Assembly: GCA_907165135.1 (NCBI GenBank)
Contig: OU015567.1
Location: forward strand, 9,424,001 to 9,488,000
Source: Oikopleura dioica
Lineage: Eukaryota > Animalia > Chordata
Length of the DNA stretch: 64,000 bases
Direction of reading: 5' to 3'
The notes under the pieces are model-generated. The model made no database searches, was not told the DNA's origin, and saw nothing but the letters and a program-made list of their open reading frames with translations. The translations under genes were made by a program, and so were the position numbers. Of this stretch, positions 1-9,597 are shown piece after piece (the stretch's first letter is position 1; each line of letters starts with the position of its first letter).

Positions 1-984
1 TTGATTAACCGTGAATAAGGATCCACAAGAGAAAAACAATCGTCACTGCTCCTAGATCTCTGATACACATAACCTCTTGCAAGAACTTGAGTCTTTATTT
101 CGGGGTTCGTCGAGCGCGTGTCATAATAAATTAGAAAATATATTATGCTTTATTTCAGACGATTTCGCACGTCTCCCGTTCCCAGAGGGCTTCTTTACTT
201 CAATTTCGATGAAATCAGTCATTGAGTCGAGCGCAACGATTGTTACGATGCCACCAGACGCATTAACTCCGCTTCGAACAACACTCTCGCGCTGACTTCG
301 ATTTTTGAAAGTCGCATGGCTCGTTTTCCGGCTTCTGAAGTTCATTAGTTGCTAATAAGTTGATGGAACGTACCCTTGTTGAATAGTAGGTTCTTTTCTC
401 AAAATTCCGACTATACTATCATTTCTCAACATGACTTTAGTATCATTAGCCGTCTTCGACATGACTTTCGCTTATTTTATACTTCTGTAATAGAAAAAAA
501 AGAATAAAAGTCCATCAAATGGTGCTTTGAAAACAGTCCGGTCCAATCAATTATTAAATTTTCGAGTAGATTTCATCTTGTAATAGTTAATTTTCCATTA
601 CTGACCCGAATGATAATTGGCTCCCCGAGACGGAGTACGGAATCAAGTGTTTTCGAAACACATTATGCAGCATAATAAATTCGGCTGCTTAAAAATCGGC
701 GTTTCTACAAAAAATAAGTCGACGAAAAAGTTTTTATTCTATGAAATCATCAGAGCCAAGCTCCGCAATCTCCATCTGCACAATCTGCCATGGAATAAGA
801 TGAAATTCCATGACCAGTAAAGTCTACTGCAACACCGTAAGAGTCCATTCTTCTTATGGATCTGTTTGAATGCCTCGATCTCAGGCTCCTAAAAAAAAGA
901 AAATCCGGCTGAGACTTTCTCAAAGTCAAACGTTCTCGTTGAAGGTCGCTTCGTTTCCTCTCTCTTACTCTGAATACAACCCAT
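1..984 (-). CDS. Possible multi-exon gene running off the left edge, product unknown
   Basis: ORF 121-345(-), further open segments at about 600-700 and 740-890, GT-AG-like short introns and an acceptor-like ttattcag upstream of an ATG at 984. No single consistent frame or family could be established. Confidence 0.3.
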
Positions 985-1578
985 TTTATGAGTTGATTAT
1001 ATTATTGAAAATCTGAATAAAGAGACGAAAAACATGAAAATCTTCTGCATTTCACTAACGAAAATCGCTAAAATGCCGCAAATATTGATTTATGGCGTCT
1101 TTTTCTTAAGAAAATCATTAATTTTTTCAATTAAAATAATTGATTCTTGGCTTATCCTAATCAGATAGACTGCTCTTTGTCAGAAAAAATCATAGACGCT
1201 CATTGTTTTCTGATCTTCATTGAAGCTTGGCAAGGAAAGTTTGTTTTCAGTCAATAAAAATAATTTGACCAGCATTACACAAGCATTTTAATTCCGCCTC
1301 GCCTCGCGAACAACGTGAATTTATTTAGATCCAGCTCTGATTGTTGATTTTTGAGTTGCACCAAATCGGGCGCTCCGCCACCACCCTCTAGTGGGAATCG
1401 CCGCGACGCGCTGGTACCAGCCCAGACATTTAAAACTGTCTTCAATTTTGAAACAATCACCAAAGCAAGCCCGCCGAGCAAGCAAGAGTTGTTTAGAAGA
1501 AATCCTTTGAAACACATCGATACTTTTATACTTTTCTTGGTTTGACGATAAAAGAGCAAAATACACTAAAAGATCATC

Positions 1579-2681
1579 ATGAAGCTTGGACTTCTTTTCG
1601 CCGCTGTTAACAGCCAGAGATTCGAAAGACCACCACCATCGAACCCCGCCGCTGTTGTGGGGCCAACGAGCACTAAAGTAACTGAAGACGACTTCGTTCT
1701 CGTTCCAGAAGGATACACCGGTGGTTTCCAGGTAAGAATGATAGAAGTAAGCTTACATCAACAAATGAATTAGGACTTCAATGTTACAGGCCTTCTCGCA
1801 GAGAACGCTGATGACGACATCTTCAACGAGTTTGAGAACCTCTTTGCTCAGGTCACCTCTGAGATCAGCCGAAGTTCGTTCACCGATGACCAGAAAAAGA
1901 ACATCAAAAAGGTTGCAGAGATACTTAAGTTTTAGAATCTAACTTGTTGTAGTTCAAATTGGTGAAGAACATGATCTTGTACCTTCAAATGCTCCCAATT
2001 TTCGGAAAATTTTGCTTTTACGGCTGCTACTGCTTTGCTATGGGCCCCTTCAAACTGCTGCAAAATGCAGGTACCGGGGCCCCAATGGATGCTCCCGACT
2101 CTGCTTGTCGACGTCACGGAAGATGCAACATCTGCACCAATCGTGATTTCGGTGGTGAGGAAGAGTGTAACCAGTTCACACCTTATGGATTCGAAGCTGC
2201 AAAAGATCCAGTTACTGGAGAAAAGTTTATCAGATGCAGTGAGTAGCCCTCTATCTGCAAAAATATCTGTCTTCTACTTTAATTTGGTCTTCCTTAAAAT
2301 TTTTTTCTAGCTGACGAAATCGGAACCTGCAGCCGATCAGTCTGCGAGTGTGATGCCAAGCTTGCCTATGACCTCAAGGACCTCGAGTTCTCCTGGAATG
2401 TGATGCACCACGGACGATGGGCGGGCTTTGACGCCAAGGGTTCCTGCATCGCCGGCGCTCCAGAAGATCGTATGGACATGGACAAGTCGCCCAAGGTCAG
2501 CGAGCCAGTGGAAAGCTGCTGCGGAGAGTACCCAATGCGATTCCCATTTTTGAGTGACAATGGCCGCCTGGGATGGGAAAACGGTTCCGGCAAATTCCGC
2601 GAATGTTGCGCGGGCAAAACGTTTGACCCCGCGCTGCTCGAGTGCTGCGACGGCCAGATCACCGAGATCGGCAGCTGCTAA
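1579..2681 (+). CDS. Secreted phospholipase A2-like cysteine-rich protein, probably catalytically inactive (4 exons)
   Basis: Short signal peptide MKLGLLFAAVNS. PLA2-type motifs FYGCYC, PMDAPDSACRRHGRC and VCECDAKLA, then a Cys-rich tail (CCGEYP...CCAGK...CCDG). Introns at about 1732-1788, 1913-1952 and 2240-2310. The exon 1/2 junction needs a 1-nt correction or an alternative acceptor. Confidence 0.8.
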
Positions 2682-3160
2682 ATCAGTCGGATTCTGAACC
2701 GCTCCACTTTTTCCGCGCGCATTTTCAAAAAAATTCATGCTCATCCGAATTCGTCAGAATCAAGGTTCTGTGATTCATTTCATGGCCGGCAAAACGCAGA
2801 ACCTGAGGTGCTGATGTTTCGTTTTCTTTGTACAGTTTTCTAAGTCTGTAACCTGTCAGCTCAAAAACACTCACAAACTCACTGAAATCTTTTGTTTCGC
2901 TGAAACAAAATCTGTAAATCAAGTCACCTCGTCAAGGGATTCAATACTTTTCTAATAAAGCTTTATTATTTAAAAAAAACGATTGTATTTTGTTGTTGAA
3001 CCTATTTATTCTTCATTTAATAATGAAGAACTAGAACGAGACTCAGTCAATTGGGCGGGAAAAAGATTTTCGCTATAAATGTTTACAAAGATTTCGGTTT
3101 TAGACCGAGCGATTTCGGCCAGCTCGCCAGAATTCTGATAAACATTTAATCCGGACAACG

Positions 3161-3826
3161 TTAAGGGGGAGGTCGACGAGAATCGGGATTTTTGTAACCA
3201 AAAATCCGGAAAAACCTGCTTAGATAGGCAAATTCTGACTTTTCTCGTGGAAAGAAAAGGGTTTCAAAAATACAGCGGCGAAAACTAGAAAAAAAATTTT
3301 CTCGAAAAAATCTTGTAAAAATTAGGTCAAAGTGGGGGTGTTTCGTAACCAAAAAATCTCTGAAACGGGATTATTTTTTCTCAATCAAATACTGTTAATA
3401 GTAAGTTCAAACCCTTAAAAATACAGCGGCGACAATAAAAATAGGGATGCTTTTCTTGAAAAATTTTTTACTGTTGATTAAAAATATCCGATTTTCCTTA
3501 AAATCATCATTTTTGCTCATTTTTCACTGCAAATTTTACAAAACTCGCGGGGACTCTTAATTTTTTACAGATAATAATTTAAAAAGCATTAAAAAAAAAT
3601 ATCTAGCAAATAAAAATCGGATAAAAATTGTTTTTGGGTGAGAAAACCAACATTAAAATTTCGTAAAATGTCGAATTCCAGACACAAAATCGAAAATTTT
3701 GTTAAAAAGTTAGTCAATGCCCAAAAAGCTGGAGACCAAAAATGCTCCTTTTTTATTAAGGAATCCAAAAATATAATCAAAATTTTGAAAATGCGAAAAA
3801 TTTTTTCTCGTCGACCCCCTCCTTAA
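3161..3826. mobile_element. Non-autonomous DNA transposon (MITE) with TTAA flanks and RR...YY termini, Kolobok/T2-like
   Basis: Left end TTAA-GGGGGAGGTCGACGAGAA (3161); right end TTCTCGTCGACCCCCTCC-TTAA (ends 3826), an 18-bp TIR with 2 mismatches. AT-rich non-coding interior with a repeated AAAATACAGCGGCGA at about 3268 and 3418. Confidence 0.8.
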
Positions 3827-4306
3827 GGCCAAACAATTTCAAGGAAATTCAAATACTTTTGAATATGTAAAATTACGAAAACGTTCCAAAATCGGTTACA
3901 AGTTTGATTCTATCTCTTTTCAACTCGTTCGCCATCTAGCGCTAGATCCTTCAACCCCAGTCTTGGATCGTTGAATATTTTTGAATTTCGCGCACTCCAG
4001 TAACCGTTTTCGAACAACTCGGACGCACCTATTTTCCTTGATTTTGAGACTTTTTGGGTCGAGGGTGGCGAATGTTATCGAGATAGTTTTAAGGCTTACA
4101 AATGTTAAATTGTTCGCGCTTGTTTATTATTGCCCTTGACACCCGTCGAAATGTCAAGATCGAGAAATCGAAACGATTTTTTCAAGACACGGTTTCTCGC
4201 ACTCAAAGCAAGATTCTAGTAGACAAAGATAGCATTTTAAACCCTCTAATAGAGACTCTACGTTGGATCAAGATATTTGTCAGAACAGAGAAGCAGACAA
4301 CGAAAC

Positions 4307-5454
4307 ATGAGTAACACCGAGATTCAAGTACGAATAGACCCCATTCCCGACGAAGACGACCGCAACGTCACCAGAAGATCGAAAAAGTCGCGCTCCAAGC
4401 ATTCCAAGTTCGATCTTCTTTCAATTCTAATCAGGTGACTGACTGTTTTTGATTCAGGAATAGATTGAGCAAGATTCCATCGCAAATTTGCAAAGTCCTG
4501 CGAAAAGGATCGAGGTAATTTTGAAGTTAACGGATGATTGACTTAAAATTTTTCAGGTCTGAAGATACCGAGCCAGTTTCCTGTGCTTATAAACTAGCTG
4601 GGTGTTCTTTTACTGATGTGTAAGTTGATTGTCAAGATCGTAATCCGCTATCAAAACTTCTTAGTGCAAGCAAAGTAAACTCGCATGAACGGGAATGCTC
4701 CTTCTCCAAGATAAAAACAAAAGATTTCCACAATATTTTGCAGGTGTGTTTTTTCATCCAGTTTATACTCTTCTATGATTGCGATTCTAGGACCGCCTCA
4801 AAGAGGAGAATACAAGAGTCAAGCTGCTAGAGAACGTCTACCCATATCTAAGTTACAATGATGCCGAGTTTACAGGTGAACTAGTTGTTAATAGCAAATC
4901 ATCAACACTTTTAAGATCTTTATCTGACAAAAGATGAAGACCAGGACGAAGACGCACCCTTCGTTTTCACATCGCAGACATTTGATTCTCTCAAAATGAG
5001 CTGGAGAGTTATTGTTCAAATCGAAGATGTTCCCGATGAAGCTGAGAACGCAAACGTTTCAAGAAAACATGGTAAGATAAAGAAAGAAAAAATCGATTAA
5101 TAATAATTCATAGGAACGTTTTTCTTGTATCAGTCCGGCTCTTCTGCGTTTTATAATGGACGAAATCCCTCTCACAACAAAATCGTCTTTCTTCTCACTG
5201 ATAGCGAGTGCACTAGCCATAATGTAAGAATGATTTTATACTAAGTAAAGCCCTAAACTTTCGTTAGCCTGAGCCAAAAGCCTTCCACCATGAATTCTCC
5301 CAAACTCACAAGGAGTCAAAACACATCACACTTCCTATGGGTGAGCTTCTAAATCTTTCATAAATCAAGTAATAAAAATTCAGCACAAGCTGTCGTCGAC
5401 GACTTGAGCGAACGCCATGCCTTCCAGATGCGAGTTTGGCTTTTCAAAAAATAA
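4307..5454 (+). CDS. CYHR1/ZFTRAF1-like protein (TRAF-type zinc finger plus C-terminal domain), 9 exons, no N-terminal RING seen
   Basis: Splicing eight short GT-AG introns gives an open frame: MSNTEIQ...CAYKLAGCSFTDVASKVNSHERECSF...FTSQTFDSLKMSWRV...AFHHEFSQTHKESKHITLP...FQMRVWLFKK*. This parallels the CYHR1 C-terminal half (CKYKRIGC...HEAAC...YETPRFTVLNQTWVL...NLRLFLF). Confidence 0.7.
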
Positions 5455-5779
5455 GCCTGCGTCTTTATCAACCACTAGAATTCCTACTTGAACATTCCAA
5501 GAAATCACAGAGTCGCCGAAAGCCTTTTACTTCATTTCTTAAGTTTCCTGTTTTGTTCTCCTTTAGTTATTTATGTTTATGTGTCTTCTGGTCCATTTCA
5601 TGGCCGGAGACCTATTTATTCTTTAGTTAAAATATTCTTTTAAGTTTCAACCTTTCAAATAAAAATTAAATTTCAATGTCAACCCTTCTTTATTTCTTCA
5701 GCAGATTTTCCATTCAAGCGAATCGCATTTTGAAGGCGTCGTATTTGCTCATCTATAACAAATGCATGTATTTTTTTCA

Positions 5780-5890
5780 AGAAAATTTACTTTGGCGCGA
5801 GTTGGCGTTCTGCCATTTTTCGATTTTCTCAATTTTGAATTGGCGCGCAGCGCTCCGCTACGGGCCCGATTGGGTCCGTCAGCGCACCCC
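5780..5890. promoter_or_regulatory. GC-rich promoter-like segment upstream of AIFM1 with E2F-like sites
   Basis: TTTTGGCGCG and TTGGCGCGC in a local GC/CpG-rich patch within AT-rich intergenic DNA. Confidence 0.35.
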
Positions 5891-6303
5891 GTCTAGCAAA
5901 GACAAAGAGAAAAGGCGAAAATCCTTCGAATTTCAAAAGGGAATGAGCTGCAGAAGGTCGATCGGTTCGTCTAACTGGAAAACACAGAGAATTGCTCAAG
6001 AATTCGTCTAGTTTTCATACTGAAAGTCTAAGATATGCGAATTTTATGAAAGAACTACCGAAAAACTGTACTACAGTTATTGTAGTTCTCCAGAAAGAGC
6101 AGTAAGAACTCAAGTGATACCAAATTCGAAGGTGTTGCATACGAGAAATCATATATTTTTTCAGTTACTCAAGCTTTTTCTCAATCACAACGCACGAGAA
6201 GCTTTCTCATTCGAACTTCCTTATTCGTGATACCTTGTTATTATTTGTTATGTAATTTTTCCTATGTGGGTCAGAGAATAAGGAATAAATTTAATTTTTA
6301 AGA

Positions 6304-9300
6304 ATGTATCGAGCGTTTCGAAATGGCTCTGCTGCATACAGAAGAATTATGCCATCAGTCAGAAATGCTGCCCAGAAACCGGTAGGTCCGACTATTGAAG
6401 CTTGAGGCTAACCGAATTCAGTCGAATTACCAGAAGAGCGGTATGGGAGTGAATGAGTTAGCCGGAATCGCTGGAGTTTCTGCTTTTCTTTACTACGCCA
6501 CGAACCAGCAGTCTTCAACTCCAAAAGCCCCCGTGGCGCCCAAGAAAACAGTAGTTGTCCCGCCAAAAGGAATCGAAAAAGATGCTCTCCAGAATGAAGA
6601 TCCTCTTGCCAGTCTGAAAGAAATTCCTAACTTGGGTTCTCCCAATGATCCTAAGCCAGCTAAAGAGGAAGCCGTTGCTCCAGTTGTTCAGGAGACTGTC
6701 AAAGAAGAAGTTGTCGAAGAACCAGTTGTTGTAGAAGAACCAGTTGTTCTAGAGGAACCAGTTGTTCTAGAGGAACCAGTTGTTGTAGAGGAACCAGTTC
6801 TCGAGGAAGAGCCTGTTGTTGAAGCTACACCAGAAATTGTTGAAGCTGAGCCAGAAGTTGTGGTTGTGGAAGACGCGACTGTTGAAGAAATCGTTGAAGA
6901 ACCAGTCGTGGAAGAACAAGTTGCAGAACCTGTTGTGGAAGAAGTTATCGTGCCTGTCGTTGCAGAATCTCCAAGTGTTGAAGAACCTGCCGAGCTAGTC
7001 GCTGAAGAGTCCGCTCCTACTGAACCTGAACCTGTTGCCCAAGTCGAAGAAACCGTTGTTGAAGTCACTGTTGAAGAAACCACTGTAGAACCTGTTGCCG
7101 AACCTGAAGCAGTTCCAGAACCAGCCCCCGTTGAAGTTGAAGTTGCAGTTCAAACTGAAGAACCCACTGCTGAGCCAGAGCCAGTCTCTGAGCCTGAAGT
7201 TGTTGTTGAGGCTCCTGTTGATGCTCCACAACCCGTTGTTGAACAGGAGTCAGTAGCTGAGCCAGTTGCTGAGCCAGTCGCTGAGCCAGTCGCTGAGCCA
7301 GTCGCTGAGCCAGTCGCTGAGCCAGTCGCAGAGCCCGAGGCTGTTCCTAAGCCTACCCCTGTTGAATCTGAACCAGTTGCTGAACCTGAGCCTGTTCCCG
7401 AACCCGAGCATGTCGCCGAACCCGAGCCAGTCGCCGAGGCCGAACCAGTTCCAGAACCCGTTGTCGAAGAACCCACCCCATCTGAATCAGGTAACGGTCA
7501 ATAAATATCTGTTCTGCTCTCAAAATCAAATCTGTATTTCCAGATAGTCGAAAAGCCCCAAATCAACATACTGTTATTTACATCAAACCAGATGTCTGAT
7601 GCCGCCACTGTCCCTGTCTAACTAATTTATCTACCTTCGTAATTTATCCAGAATTTCTTTTGAGTCTATCTTCGCTTTCCTATTGACCTTACTTTTTCTC
7701 TTACTATTCTCTAAAGTATTCTATTCTTGCGCGCCTATTCTACTGTAAATACTTTTAATAAAGCCATATTAGAGTCAAATGTCGATCCAATTGTTCCTGA
7801 AGCAGGAAGTGCTGTGGAAGTTGACCCAGCTATAGATGAAGTTATCCCAGTAGTTGATGAGCAGTCTAAGCCCAAGGTTTATCCAGAGGTCCCTCCTGAA
7901 GTTGAGTACCTTATCGTTGGTGGTGGAACTGCTGCGTACTCTGCTGTCCGAGCTATCCGAAAATATGATCCTACTGCCAAGATTCTCATCGTCTCTGATG
8001 AAGCGGAAATGCCTTACAATCGAACTCCACTCTCGAAAGAGCTCTGGTTTGAATCTGAAGAAAATGCGGCTGTTGGCAAATACAAAGGATGGGATGACAA
8101 GGAGCGAGTGATCTTCCACGAAAAACTGGAGAACTACTGCACTGGAAGAGAGCTTCAAGAAAGAGAGGGTTACGGTGGTACCGCTCTTTTACTCGGCGCC
8201 AAGGTTGACCGTTTGGACGCAGACAACAAGAAGGCCATTCTTTACAATGGAACAGAAATCGGATATGGAAAAGTTCTTCTTTCTATCGGTGGCAAACCAA
8301 GAAATCTTCCAGAATTCGAGAGTGTCAAAGACAAAGTTACGCTTTTCCGCGATCTCAAGGACTTCAGACAGCTTTCCGAGATTTCACAGAACGGAGGGAA
8401 CGTAGTGGTCGTTGGATCTGGGTTTTTGGGCACAGAGCTGTCCTATGCCCTCGCTGATAGAGCCAAGAAAGTCGAGAACTTGAAGGTGTCGCAGATCTGC
8501 CGAGAGCAGGGAGTTTTGGGGGCCGTTTTGCCAGAACATCTGTCGAGTAAGTGAAAGCATATATTCGCTAATTAATCGATTTTTAGACTACTCATCCGAA
8601 GTTCTCGAAAAAGAAGGTGTCAACATCGTCCGCGATGCCGAGATTTCTAGCGTTTCCCAGGAATCTGGCAACATTTCGATCAATCTGAAAGATGGTCGTT
8701 CCGTTCCTGCTGATCATGTTGTGGTCGCAGTCGGGGTTGATATTGATCACGGCCTGGCAGAACGATCTGGACTCGAGGTGGATTCAAGACGAGGAGGATT
8801 CATTGTCAACTCAGAGTTGGAATCAAGAAAAGATATCTTTGTCGCAGGAGACGCAGCGAATTTTTACGATCAACGTCTTGGACGCCGTCGCGTCGAGCAT
8901 TATGATCACGTAAGTGTCAAAAAAGCTTCCCCAAATGTCAAGCTAATCCGTAGGCGATCGTTACTGGACGCCTTGCGGGTGAAAACATGGTTGGGAAGAG
9001 AAAAGCATACACTCATCAGTCCATGTTCTGGTCCGATATTGGCCCCGACAATGGATTTGAAGCAATTGGCTTGGTAGACTCTAAGTTGAAATCAGTCTCC
9101 GTCTTTGCCCAGCCAGAAGCACAGAATACAGAAGGCGATAATTTCGAATCACGTAAATTTGGTGAGTTAATGAAATATCGACCGTTTTAATCAATCCTTT
9201 CTTTAGACAAAGGAGTAGTATTCTATCTGAGAAACGAAAAGGTCGTGGGCGTCATTACCTGGAACATCTTCGGCAAGATGGGCGTCGCAAGAAGACTTCT

Positions 9301-9367
9301 AGCGCACCAGAGCGCGGAGGAATTAAATTACGCTGAAATGGCGCGCTTATTCAACGTCCACAAGTGA
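6304..9367 (+). CDS. AIFM1: Apoptosis-inducing factor 1, mitochondrial, with a long acidic EPV-rich spacer
   Basis: Arg-rich presequence ([16 protein letters not shown]), TM segment ([14 protein letters not shown]), FAD motif [10 protein letters not shown]...[49 protein letters not shown] and a C-terminus [21 protein letters not shown]. Confidence 0.95.
7256..7339 (+). repeat. 12-bp coding tandem repeat GCTGAGCCAGTY x6 plus one degenerate unit, encoding (AEPV)n
   Basis: Directly visible. An 18-bp VVEEPV-type repeat also occurs at about 6710-6800. Confidence 0.95.
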
Positions 9368-9597
9368 ATAAAAATTCACGACTTTAGTTCAAAGAACACA
9401 TGACTATTTATTTGTACAGTTATACTTTTATCGTGCTCTCTTTTACTTGACAAAAATATTTGTGACAATCTTTACGTGGATTAATGTACTTTGATAATTT
9501 ATAAAGCAGTCCCTTTTTGGATAGCAATAAAAAGAAATGGAAAAAAATCTTTGATGTGATATCATTTTTCATGCGAGGGTAGAATCATTAGAATGAA

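Noticed and set aside
1-900. Fragmentary resemblances of the left-edge minus-strand gene to alpha/beta hydrolase (AVDFTGHG), LicD (FRKHLIPY) or a myristoylated peptide (MGCIQSK)
   Set aside because: The motifs fall in mutually incompatible frames and none extends into a full domain.
2540-2556. TCCCATTTTTGAGT, resembling part of the Oikopleura spliced-leader sequence as I recall it
   Set aside because: It is only 14 nt, lies inside a coding exon (RFPFLS), and has no flanking SL sequence, donor or Sm site. A chance match is likely.
6688-7476. Ser/Thr/Gly-rich minus-strand ORFs and a + strand (LSQS)n ORF
   Set aside because: These are antisense or alternate-frame shadows of the AIFM1 coding repeat.
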